A stretch of DNA of 61,951 nt, the filler included, from Basidiobolus ranarum (Eukaryota), in the NCBI GenBank assembly GCA_040143965.1. It is 7 parts of 7 records of this genome, joined end to end, with 100 filler letters (N's around TTAATTAATTAA, not from the genome) between each part and the next. Parts side by side here need not be neighbours in the genome. Positions count along the whole stretch, not along the records: positions 35,501 to 44,257 come from JASJQH010007800.1; positions 44,358 to 53,105 come from JASJQH010007801.1; 5 more parts are not named here. The stretch is one strand, 5' to 3'. Position numbers and translations under genes: made by a program. Shown piece by piece: positions 38,815 through 50,862 of the stretch (its first letter is position 1; every line of letters begins with the position of its first letter). The notes below the pieces were generated by a model. The model was not told the origin of the DNA, did not search any database, and worked only from the letters and a program-made list of their open reading frames with translations.

Positions 38815-40281
38815 CTTTAGTATCTGAATATGCGGAGGATATCTTTATGTATTGGGTGTTAGTAGAGTAGCCCAAGCAGCAACCACAAATGATTACAATC
38901 TTTCAGTGTACAGGTTTATAAGAGCTTGCTAAGTCTGCAACCATCAAGTGATCGATCGTCATTAAGTGTCTTTTAACCCCCTTACACACATAGTCCATTA
39001 AGAGTTGCCTAATATTTCAGTTCCTTAAAAGCTCATTGTTTCGATCAACCCTGAGAACTTATTTAGTGTAATGTCTAAGGATTGTGGTGAGTGATGCGAA
39101 CTAATGTAAGAACCTGAAAACAATGGCTCAATACAGAAACTTCACCCTAATGGTGCCTTGATGCAAGGAAATCTTTCACCTAATGATTGTCGCGCTAATT
39201 TACTGAGGAAACCATCATCTGCTGTAGGCAAACACTAGTTCATGATTGGTGTAAACCGTTTAGCAAATGCACACGTACATACCAACTAACCATTTGGATG
39301 ACCTCAGTTTTTGCGCCGTATATAGTCGTACAGTGGGTCTCCATTATTGCTGGATTGGAGGCTTTTACCTTGCTTGGTCAAATTTAGCAGTAGTCTTTGA
39401 TTGTTCTTTCCAATAAGCCAGCCCTATCCCACATCAACTTGAAAATTCAGAGAAAACCATCTATCAAATGAATGCACTCGACAACTCACTTTGCAACCCA
39501 GCTAATTGTCAAAAAGGATTGACTGTTTCCATTTTTTACATCGTGGGCGTGCACTGTCTTGTTAAGCCTGATGCTTAGTAGGTGTGTTATGGATCTATGT
39601 AATTTCATATAATTTAATCCATAAATTCGGTCATATGGCAAGTAGTAATCAGAACGTATTGTGACTAGTCCTAGTACTGGCTAATGCGCTGAGAGAGCTT
39701 GGCAGGTCTTAACACATGGGATGAACCCAACATGTTTGCTCCAATAGCATCATTACTGGAGATGTAAGTGATAAGCATGATGGGCTAGATTCATAGGTTT
39801 TTAAGTGTCTACCTCCATTTTTAAGCAATATGAAGCTTTTCCATTTATCTTGTCATTTACAAGTATTACTATTTATGTGTTTTTTGCTCAGGTTGGTACT
39901 TGCCATAACTGCAACAACTGGCTGCAAATTCCTGGTTTGCCTGACTTGATGGTATAATGGCGATTTATGGAGGAGTTTAGTACATTCTTCATCTCCACAC
40001 TCTCAGTTTATGGTATAGCTTCATATGCAGAAGAAATCATATTTAGATTAGTTACTGAATCCTGGACTTATGGAATTAACAGTGCTAGTATTTGGTATTA
40101 CAATGTCGTCATAGAGTTGTTAAACCCACATTTAAAGTGGCATAAATGGCCTGTGCGTTGCAAAATGAGATTGCTTTGTATTTACTTATTAGTGACAAAT
40201 TTATTGAACAGAATTTAGACAAATCTATATCTAATACTATTCATGAGTGCATATGTATAGGACATGGGGATGGTTGATTTT

Positions 40282-41171
40282 CTATGCTTGGTAAGCGCTA
40301 AGACGTTCACGGGCGTATGACCCAATAGTAGAGTCACTTTCAACGGTTTCAATTAGCTTGTCGAAACCAGAAATTCCGTCAAAAACCTTGGACCCTACAC
40401 CTTTTAATGATTGAAGCATATTATATGCAAGAAGGTCAACAAGTGAGAGTTTGGATCCAACATAGTAGCCGTTTCCATTCTTCTCGAGTTGCTTCTCATG
40501 GTACTGGATAATCTCACTTGAGCAGGCCTTGAAGCTTACCTTGCCAGCCTCTTTAGCCTCATCAGTCTTACCAAAGCGGGTTTGAACCATTGCATTGATC
40601 AAAGCGGCCCATCCCTCGGCGAAGCTATCGATTAAAGCAGCTTCACGCTCATTAGAGCCGACGAGATCTATTGGTCCATTAAGAACGTTAGTTTTTCACT
40701 TGGTGCATGCTCAGTATCACCATCACTTACCAAATTTACGGGCAAGATAACGTTCAATAGCGTGACTCTCAGCAAGTTGGAACTCCTATGCGATGATAAA
40801 CATTTAGATATCTCGAATGAAACTTCTAGTGATGCCAAATAAGCTTACCGAGCCATCCTCTCGGTGTTCAATAAGAACCGGAAGACATCCGAATGGAGTG
40901 CTTGGCTTTTCCTCTGGCCAATTCTACAATGAACAAGATAGTGTTAGTTAAAAACCTGGAAGGAAGTTCTTTCAGGCCTCTGACTTACAGTAGGATGACG
41001 TTCGGACCAGTTGGCCTAAAAAAATCAGCAGTAAGTAACGCTGAAGGTTGATGGTGGGTCTCTCAATCGTTACTTTACCTTTCCATATTGAAGAAGAAGG
41101 CGACTAACTTCAGCACGACCAGTAGCGGGCCAGTAATACAATTCGTAGCGGGAATTATCAGTAGAAGGCAT
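40282..41171 (-). CDS. Glutathione S-transferase (sigma-like), 5 exons
   Basis: YELYYWPATGRAEVSRLLL, TPFGCLPVL, LAESHAIERYLARKF, YYVGSKLSLVDL. Confidence 0.93.
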
Positions 41172-42922
41172 GTCTGAAAGAGTATTGTTATTGAATTCAA
41201 TATGGGATACTGAGGATTATTTGTTCATTTATAGAGCCCTGATTCAGTCGGTGAAATTTCAAGATGACAAATCCACCTTTTTCCTTCAGTTTCCATCAAC
41301 TTGGATTAGAATCTCAAGTGTCGGGTTCTAGAATAATAAGGTTCGGGTTAAATTGAAAATCCAACCTAATTTCTCTTGTGCCACCAATTCGAACACTCAG
41401 ATTAGCCTAATCCTAGCTTGCGTAAAAAACCCATTTCAGTCAAAACCAGCAACTACTAGTACAATTACAGTACTCTGGTAATAGATATTACAGCATTCAG
41501 GATATTCGGGATATTCTCGGATTGGAGAATATCGTTAAACTCATGTATTTTGCTACATGGGTAAAAGGCATCTGAGAATCCCTTTTACCCGTTATACGAT
41601 TTAAATTTCCGCCCTTGATTTCAGTAACTCCACAATTCACGGTGTACTTACATTAGTAAGCAGTAAGTGAAGCTAAGTCTGCGGTTTGTTCCAAATAATG
41701 CTTCCATGAATCCATAATCATTGTTATGGAAAAGATCGAGCTCAGACCACTCTGGCCTATTTGCTCCAGAGTGCATATACAGACAATAAGCAGTCTTCTT
41801 TAACTTGACTATCTTGGATCTAGTTGATATATCTTGTAGATAGCCATGGTAATTATTACTTTCATAGGTGTAGTATATTTTCAGTGCATTACGAACACTA
41901 TTGCTCTAAACTCAGCGATGACGTCATTAGCTTGACAGTCATAAATAAATGTGGCCCCGTTGAGCTAAAATATATGGAAGTCGATAGTCGAAGAAAGTGT
42001 GAATTGCTTAAGTTCATCTATTAATACACTTGCTATTACCTCGATAAAATTCTCATCTCGACATAATCGAAATTCATTATACGTTTCAACCTCACACTCG
42101 TCGTGGGAATTTGACTCAAGAATACATCCATATAAAAAGCAACACAAACTGAGCTTGTATACAACTTCACATATGGTTCGTATTTGGAAGACGAACTACT
42201 AGCCCCAAGTAACCAGTACGAACGATCTGGACTAGCAAATTGTCTTTAGCAAATCCAAATTTCGTTTTTACCTCATCCAAAAATAATGAGGCCTGGTCCG
42301 GAATATTCAGTACCAGAAAACTAAGAGGCTACACTTCCACCTGAGTTGAAGTTTTATTGTTGAATATGTCCTCATTATCATTCGAAAATAATCGAGGGTA
42401 TGTAATATTGGGCACAACAGCAGTCAGAATATTCAAGCTTATCTAACTCTATCCACCTATGATGAATGTTTTTCCGCCTTGCGAAATTTGACTGGACTGA
42501 TTCTTAATCTGGTTTATCAGAGAATAGTCATCTTCGTTTAAATATTTTAAATGCCAAGATAAGCTTAACGAGTACCTTGGCTCAAAACAGAAATGGTTAC
42601 TTGATGCTGGGCCTGGAAATGCCTCAAGAAGCAAGTAATTTCTCCTAAGCCTCAATTCCCATGTTTAATACATCATTGTAAATATATTGTTCCATGCGCC
42701 TACAACTATGAGTTAAAAATACATTTAATAGCGGCACCTTAAACAATGTGTGTTTGGAAGGTTGTCTGCCTTACCATCACTATAAGATTCACACTGGATG
42801 AAGGAGATGTACTAATTGGAGTAGAGTTTAATTCAGAAGCAATATGGTCATTCCAAATAGTTAATAAAGTGACATTAGCTCATGTAATCTAGGCTTTTAC
42901 TTATTACATAACTAATAGATAT

Positions 42923-43033
42923 TAGGGAGGATGAAAAGCACCAAATGTTGTGTCCAAGAGAAAAGTGGATAAAAGTCTTGAACTTTACTGAACCAAAGAA
43001 ACATTTAAGTGCAGAATCTTAGAACTGTTTAAG
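42923..43033 (-). repeat. Dispersed repeat segment shared with 53723-53844
   Basis: Three colinear blocks on the minus strand: taaacag.tct.ag, gacttttat..acttttctcttgg, tggtgcttttcatcc.cccta; surrounding DNA is CpG-poor. Confidence 0.6.
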
Positions 43034-43512
43034 CAGGGTATATTAGCAGAGCAGGTCTAACTAATATATGTCTTGGGAATAGCAGTAGGTTGCTATGTTA
43101 CAGTAGAGAGTAGGTTTGCTAGGCAGCTAGGCTTGGTGTTCTGTAGATGCTAGTGAATACTAGGCTTGGATAGAAATGAGAGGCAAATATCAAATTTGTT
43201 GAGAAACACTGAGAAGTGTTGAGATCCCACATTTGTTGAGACACACCCTAAACCAAAAGGTTCAGTTAGCTTTATTTATACCTTTTGATAGCAAAGTGAA
43301 TTAGTCAGCACCAAGATAATGGATGACTAATTCTGATAAAAGAGAATATGATTGAATAGATATATAGAGAGATAAGTGGGTCATGCATCAGCTGAAGTCT
43401 TGGCAGTGACTGAGGATTGGTTATGATTCTTATGACTCATATTGCCTTGTGTCTGGGCAGATGTCTCATAGGTTAATACTGATTTGATGATGATCTTGTG
43501 ATGGGTCATATG

Positions 43513-43950
43513 TGTTAAAGTATTTGGGAGCCTGTTAGAAGTGGTTCGGGGAATTAGAGAAATTGGTAGTTTTTATTGGGAAAATATAGGCTATTTGGAG
43601 GAACATTTGAAAAGTAGAGTTATGAATAGCTTTGTAAGATAATTATCTATTGTCCAGAAATTAAGCATTTATGCATTTTGGCAGAAATACAGAAAACTAA
43701 CACTGGGGTTATGTTCAGAACATCTGTGGGAGTAAAATGTGTTAACTTTGGGGCATTTGGATGATCTTGAAATTTCCAATATGGGATTGCTAATTCTCAC
43801 ATTATTCACATATATATATAATATATGTTCCAATTTGCACTTAAGTGATATTTGACTAAGTAATCTTAACTAACTTATATGTGATATATGAAATAGTTAG
43901 GTGTATAAGGATAGAGATAACAAATATGATAAAGACAATAAACTTCAACA
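43513..43950 (-). mobile_element. Copia 3' LTR, subfamily B body with subfamily A-like 3' end (438 nt)
   Basis: TGTTGAAGTTTATT...CCCAAATACTTTAACA, preceded on the minus strand by the PPT-like AGTTGAGTTGGAG. Confidence 0.88.
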
Positions 43951-44257
43951 CTCCAACTCAACTAAATATTCATATATCTTAATCATAACTTAAATCTTGA
44001 TTCTTCAAATTTTGGATTGGGTAATGGTTAGGTAAGGATGTCAACAATCATGTCCCCAGTTGAACAGTACTCTAATTGGACATGCTTATTCTCAATAGCT
44101 TCCCTAACAAAGTGATGTTGAATGTCAATATGCTTACTTCTAGCATGAAATTTGGGATTTTTAGATAAAGAAATACAACTTTGATTATCCTTGAAAATTA
44201 TGGTGGGCTTAGGGGTTAGGGGGGGGGGAGACAGTAACCAACAGGTGAAATCTTTAT
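43951..44257 (-). mobile_element. Copia RNase H remnant and PPT
   Basis: KPTIIFKDNQSCISLSKNPKFHARSKHIDIQHHFVREAIENKHVQLEYCSTGDMIVDILT*PLP. Confidence 0.93.
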
Positions 44258-44357
44258 NNNNNNNNNNNNNNNNNNNNNNNNNNNNNNNNNNNNNNNNNNN
44301 NTTAATTAATTAANNNNNNNNNNNNNNNNNNNNNNNNNNNNNNNNNNNNNNNNNNNN
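44258..44357. other. Artificial contig spacer
   Basis: N run with central TTAATTAATTAA. Confidence 0.98.
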
Positions 44358-44752
44358 TCTCCTGAATTCATCTTCAAGTTAAAGAATTGCCTTCTTAGAA
44401 ACATCTTGTTGGCAGCAGAACTTGTTTGATAGGTGTCTTCCAAGGCCTACCATACCTTCTTAGCAATTTTAGCTCTTGAACATTGAATTAGCAATTTATC
44501 TTTAACATTAAGACAAATTGTGTTAAAGGCACTTTGTTCTTTTTTGTCCTGGAGTAAACTTTGGTTTCAGATAGTTTTTCATTGTTTTCTTCTCCTACAA
44601 CAGTGTCCCAAAGTCCTTATTCTTGAAGCAGCATTTTGATTTTAATTTTCTAAACTTGATAATTGGTTCCATCCAATTTTTCAGAAGAGGGAAAAGTTCC
44701 ATAATTTTGAGAAGTAGACATTACAGAGAGTGCAAGCTTGGGGCTTATAACC
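44358..44752 (-). mobile_element. Copia PBS and gag N-terminus, decayed
   Basis: PBS GGTTATAAGCCC at 44741-44752; ATG at 44721, MSTSQNYGTFPSSEKLDGTNYQV*KIKIKMLLQE*GLWDTVVGEE...SSAANKMFLRRQFFNLKM. Confidence 0.9.
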
Positions 44753-45097
44753 TGGTAAAGTATTTGGAAGCCTGTTGGAAGTGGTTTGGAGAATTACAGC
44801 AATTGGTGGTTTTTCACTTATTCATTTATTGAGTATAAAGTTGACATTTATAGTTTTGTCAGGATATAAACAGGCAAACCTGTAGAATGTGCTAAGGAAG
44901 GTCCTGGGAACATGTGTGCAAAGTTTGTGCTTCTAGCACAAGTTTGAAAAATTTAAATATTTGAGAACTTCTAAGTCAAAAATATTTGAAGTAAGTTCCA
45001 ATTGAGAATAATGGATAATAACTTAGTGAATTATACAATAACCAAGTACTAAGCTATATAAGACTATATAGATGTTTAGGCAATGCTAATTCCAACA
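44753..45097 (-). mobile_element. Copia 5' LTR, subfamily A
   Basis: TGTTGGAATTAGCATTGCC...TACTTTACCA followed directly by the PBS. Confidence 0.9.
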
Positions 45098-45357
45098 ACA
45101 ACTAACAATAGTTTTTTTGTAATAATCATTCCAATCAAATTTTAAATCATTGTATTATAAATCTTTAATTCAGACAGTAAAGAAGAGAACTTTCAAACAT
45201 TTATATAGATTATCCATCGAAATTTAATACAATCTACTTGCTCTTATTAAAATTATACAATGAGCAAACCTTAGTTATATATTCTATTACAATAAAAATC
45301 CCCCCCCAGAATGGTAGAATGAAAAGAAAAAGAAATTTCAATATGTTAATATGTTTA

Positions 45358-48300
45358 CTATACAAATTCACCTTTGAGACACCACCATCCTTTACCACTG
45401 CTTGTATCTTTTTCAAATGTAGCGATTGATTTGAGCATTTTACGAAACACGGGTACTTCTTCGCCACGAATTTTTAACTTGAAACTTGATACAATATCGG
45501 AAGTACTAGCCCGTCCACCATAAGCATAAAGGTAATCTCGGATTTTAAGGATTAATCCCTCCTGGGAATCCGGGCTTAAATCCGATGTAGCTAGAGTGAA
45601 GATATCTTAATAGATTATTAGGAGTAATATTGTTGGGGTATGATACTTACTTGGTGACGGCTTGTTTTCTTCCGCAACAGTACGCTCTCGTAGGTTTTTT
45701 AGAATCGAACTGGATGAAACATCCCCCTGATTTCCACGGAATCCCGACATACTCCCACTACCGAATTTGGAGGAATTACTACCCATTTGTACAACTGGAG
45801 CAGCTCTCAAAGCCGATGGCTGTGAATCCGAATTTGATATGGTGGGGTTCTTCTTTTGTCCAAACCGAGGCTGAGCTACTGCCGCCCCAGCTGTGCCAGA
45901 TCTTCCGGTCCAGGTTGGAACTCCAATATCCAATCGATTTCTTCTTTTTCGTGATTCTCGTAGTGCAGCGACAGCTCTTTCAGCTATTCGGTTAGCCTCT
46001 TGCTCGACTATGATGTCTTCTTGTCGAGCTGATTCCATAATGGTATCATGCTTTAGAGCACTGTGAATACCTGTTAATTCAAATAGACTAGAGAGGATGC
46101 GATCCTCGTCGTTATTGCTTGGCTGGCTGTCAGCATCATTGGTTGTTGTGTTTGCTTGAGTATCGGCGAACTTGCTAATAGTCGAGTTAAGAATGTAAAT
46201 AAACGCTGGTATATACAAATACCACAAACAACAAATATCTCTTAGTAAAAGGATACTATTCTTCCATACTGGCGACTTCTGGCAAAGACTCTAACTCTTT
46301 CCTTGTATTCTTTTTCTCAGAGTTCTTGGTTGGACTCTTCTTCTTCATGATCTCAGTACCAGCGAAGATTGCTCCGGTCTCGGTCTCTTCTCCATCAGTA
46401 CCTAGGGTGAATAGACAATGCAAATCATGTGCTTGAAAAAATCGTTTTTGCTTGGGATCCTTCAGGATTTTGTTGGTAAGAAATTGCTTAAATATTTGGC
46501 GATGATAGATCTTCTCTTCGATTGTTCCCGAAGTCATCAATCGGAAAATCGTAACCTCCTTCTTCTGGCCAAGTCGCCAAGCACGCTCACGCGCCTGCAT
46601 ATCTGTTGAAGGGTTCCAATCTGGATCAAAAATGATCACCCGATCTGCACTAGTTAAATTCAGTCCTAAGCCACCTACTTTGGTAGTGAGAAGAAATACA
46701 TAAATCTCTTCACGAGAATTGAACTCTTCTACCAGTGGAATACGATGCTGTATAGGAGTAGTGCCATCCATGCGACGATACTCATAGCCCAGGGATTTGA
46801 TGAATTGCTCAAGAATATCCTGCATCTGTCGGGTTTGTGAAAACAGAAGGACTCGATGTTGTTGAGGTTTCCATAGCTCGAGGAGAGCTTTGACTACTTG
46901 CATTTTGCCCGACTTTTCAGGCTGCCCGTAGGTGGTATTTTTATCACGAAGGATATCTGGAATGGTTAGATCTGGATGATTGCATATTTTCCGTACTAGA
47001 TCTATTCCAAAAAGCGCGTGCCGTCTTCCGGAGAAAATACTCTCCATTTCATTGGACTTGAGGAAGCTCTCATAGGCCTCACGTTGCTGCGGTGTTAATC
47101 GGCAAAAGAGAACTTGTTCGCTCTTTTTCGGCAGATCCGTTGCAACATCCACCTTCATACGCCGTAGTAGATAAGGATTAATGAGATCACGTAAAATGCA
47201 GGCACACTTATAAGCGGTCTGAACTTGAAAATTGTTGGCATTTGCAAATCCACCTAGGTTTATAGGGATAGCAAATTGACTTTGAAATACGGGGAGCGTC
47301 CCTAAGCGACCTGGGAAAACAAAATCAAATAATGACCAGAGCTCTGTCAAATTATTTTGAATAGGAGTTCCGGAAAGTATTATTCGATGAGGGGTTTTAA
47401 GTTGTTTGCACGCGAGAGTCACTTCTGCATCTGGATTACGAATCTTATGCCCTTCATCCAACACAACATACCCCCATTTTCGAGTCAGAATGTGCTTCCG
47501 GTAAATAGCCACACATGCATAAGTAGTGACTAAAACATGCCCTTGCGAGTGTATTCGTTCAACAAGACGCTCAACTTCAGGTCGGTCTCGAGATTCCGGT
47601 TTCTTCTTTTTCCCTTTCTTTTTTCGCTTTGGGTAGTCTTCAAGGTCTTCAGAGTCTTCGTCGTCATCATAAAGAGGTGCAGCAGCATTATTCGCTTTAG
47701 CGTCACCTTTCAGAAGAGACATCCCGCTACCGCTCGAATGTAGTATGGCAACACGCATGGGAGGCCACCAACGATGGAATTCTTTGACCCACTGTTTAAG
47801 CAATGTTGCGGGGCATACTATTAATGTTGGCTTATTGAGCATTCCAGAATACATCAATGCTCCTAAATATGAAATGACTTGTACAGTTTTTCCAAGTCCC
47901 TTGAAGGTTGGTTGAATAAGTGATACTGATTAACCTGTACAACCTTTCAATATACTACTCACCATTTCGTCTCCAATAATTCCTCCCACTTCTTGGCAAT
48001 GCAATTCCCAGAGCCATTGATTACCTAAACATGCTTTCTTAATATGTGTATAAATATAGTGATGTTCTAGAAAGAAAACTAACACGTCTTTTGGTAATCA
48101 AACAGATTGGCATAAATATCGCCTGGGACTCGAAATCCACCATCGAAAGTAGCGTCTGGTATACTAGGATGTGGCTCAGTGGCTTCACTCATGGGATCAA
48201 AATTAGAACCCAGTAGCTCCTCGAATTCTTCGGCAGCAATATCGGCTTCGACCTCCTAGTCACGTCAAATATCTTTAATCAACCTGCACAAGAAAACCCG

Positions 48301-49299
48301 AGTCCATAGAAAGACCAACCTTATTATACACCATTCTTAACAGCCGACGTTTCTTCGCCCAATTATACAAGCGCTTCTATATTATGGCAATCAGTTAGAT
48401 TAAAATCTCTTTTCCAAAACAACGAAATACCCACTTGATAGTGCAACTCGTCTCCGTCATCCAAAAATTGTATTCGATATTGCTCTTTGTTACGACCCTC
48501 TTTTGTCTTATTCTTCGATAGCTCTCCGGATTCATCTTCGTCGTCGAGCTCATCTTGAAGTAGATCGAGCATAGATTCTTCATGATATTCGTCTTCGGAT
48601 TCTGATTTGATATAATCTACGTCACTATTGTCAGTGGGTATATGATCTGCTTGAGTTTTTTTACTTCTCGGTAGCTCGATATCGTCTAAAGACAATGCAG
48701 GTCGTTTGAGATCCGTCATGGATTTTTTCTCCAATTGCTCACTTTTCATGTTCTTCTCTAATCCACCCAAATTTGAAAAGGGGGTGATCTTACCAGTACG
48801 TATAAGACGTTCCCGTTCAGATTCACCAAGGTTATTTTCCGCATTAGGAGTTTCCATGGTTTCGATTTTTTGTTCATACGAGACTAGTCTTTTCTTAATG
48901 TCTTCTTCGTCCTGCAATAAAGACTGTAATTGACTTTCAAGTTTGATCAATTTCTTTTGTGTAGACTCAACTACACGTTGTGTAAGTTCTTGACTTTCTA
49001 GTTTATTTTCCAAATCCAATATTTGTTTCTTCACTTTAGAACTCTTCTCTTGGGTTTTTTTCAACCTTTTTTTCTCATTTTCGAGGTCTTTCTTAGTCAT
49101 CACTTTGTTTGCCTAATTGTATATGGTGGGAACTTTTAATACTTTCACAAATAGAAAATCTATTATAAATATAGGGAGTACTGACCTCTGCAATGACATT
49201 TCGTTCCAAGACATCTTGATCTAATATATCGATCCCCAATACTTTGGATATATTTTGTTCATTCTTAAAATGGACTCCCTCAGCTTCAGGTTCTGACAT
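45358..49299 (-). CDS. RAD26: Transcription-coupled repair SNF2 ATPase Rad26/CSB (ERCC6), multi-exon
   Basis: [60 protein letters not shown] and C-terminal winged-helix-like [11 protein letters not shown]...WCLKGEFV*. Confidence 0.96.
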
Positions 49300-49752
49300 G
49301 GATAGAGTGAAATTATTTAAAAGGTGAGGTGTGTTTTAAGTTGGAGAATTTACTTGGTATCTAGTGAAGTACCCAAAGTTCTTGAACAAAATCAAGCTAT
49401 ATATCGTGAATGTATTAGTATAAAGAATACTTGGAGTTTTGCTTGCCATGACAATTCACAATTTTATAAATAAAAAAAGACCGGTCACACTGTTAAAGAA
49501 TTGCCGCAGTCATCTCACTCGAAATCTCGATGATCAAACATATTTCCACATCATTGCATAGCCATTACATGAATGAATTCCGATCCTTGAATTTTTAGCA
49601 GTTTAAGTCAGTCCAAATCGCATGAGATAGGTCAGATTTAGGTGAGATGAATCGAGTATAAATACATGACATACAACAGTAACTTATTAAAAGAAATTTT
49701 ATCAATTCCCACTTTCAAAGAACCTTACCCTTTGATAACGATAACTATAAAC

Positions 49753-50250
49753 ATGCTCTCTAAAAGACTCTTGAATAAACTTCCACGTTACACTTCTATC
49801 TCTTTACTTAGAACTTTGGTATTACCTTCAAGTAGAACTTTTTCTACTTCTATCTTTGTTCACTCGGAATATCCCAACCCTGGAAACGGACCAGTCGGTA
49901 CTGTTGACGAGTTTGAAAAACCATATCCAACCCTTCTACCTATCCAACGTGTTAATGAGAGTGTCGAACAAAAGAGAGCACGTTTGGTTTACCAATGTCG
50001 TAAGAGAGGAATTCTTGAAACTGACCTTTTACTTTCCACTTTCTCAAAGCAATACCTTCCAACTATGACTGAACAAGAATTAACCGAGTTTGACCATTTT
50101 ATGGACCAACCAGATTGGGATATTTACTATTGGTGTACTGAAAAGAAGTCCCCCCCTGAACACATTAAAACCCTTTCCATCTTTCAAAAGTTGGTGGAGC
50201 ATTCGAAGAACGAACAGAAAGTGATTCTTAGAATGCCTGATTTGAAATAA
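49753..50250 (+). CDS. SDH5: Succinate dehydrogenase assembly factor 2 (flavinylation factor)
   Basis: KRARLVYQCRKRGILETDLLLSTF, DQPDWDIYYW, RMPDL; mitochondrial-like presequence from ATG 49753. Confidence 0.96.
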   Translation: MLSKRLLNKLPRYTSISLLRTLVLPSSRTFSTSIFVHSEYPNPGNGPVGTVDEFEKPYPTLLPIQRVNESVEQKRARLVYQCRKRGILETDLLLSTFSKQYLPTMTEQELTEFDHFMDQPDWDIYYWCTEKKSPPEHIKTLSIFQKLVEHSKNEQKVILRMPDLK

Positions 50251-50862
50251 TTTCTACCTACAGACCATGTTTGAATATTCACTTCTTAAACAGCCCACCT
50301 CTTCACAATGCATTGATGGATATATGTACTCATTATAGTATTCATATTAAATTCCTATAAACTTGTCTCATGTTTAAACATCTTTGGATTACTTAACTGC
50401 TTTTCTGACTGGATGAAAAGTTCTCTTTTCCCCTGGCCGGTAAGTATGTATTTATCCGTCACACGTGATCCTTCGGTACCTGTAATGTCTGTACACCGTA
50501 TTTATACTAGATAAGGCGATCAATAAGAGTAGATCGGTATGGTATATGATGACGTTTAATATGGGTAAATGATCTGATGAAGAGAGGACAAAGGCTTAGG
50601 CTCTGGCCCTGTCAAGAATACTGTTATACTTCGAATCATATTAAACAGATACCAATATCAATCTTAGCAGTCAAACATTTATAATAGTTTGAATTGCAAA
50701 AGCTATTGAGAATTTCCCACCCTCTTTCGACAAACAGCCACAAAATTCCCACAGTTTATACCTTGCACATTTTTTGAACGAATTTTATCATATATACTGT
50801 CTGGTTTCAAGCTTCTATACGCTTATATTTCTCCTAGGATATCCTTCTGCCACACGCAGCTC

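Noticed and set aside
41850-42660. Minus-strand ORF fragments that could be a decayed gene
   Set aside because: Multiple stops and no diagnostic motif.
44209-44230. TTAGGGGTTAGG plus G-run near a contig end as a telomere addition site
   Set aside because: Copia RNase H-like sequence continues on both sides; it looks like a homopolymer expansion within the element.
43513-45097. Apparent full-length copia element (LTR-PBS-gag-gap-RNase H-PPT-LTR)
   Set aside because: It spans an artificial spacer between size-sorted contigs, the two LTRs are different subfamilies, and the flanks (ATATG versus ACAAC) show no TSD.
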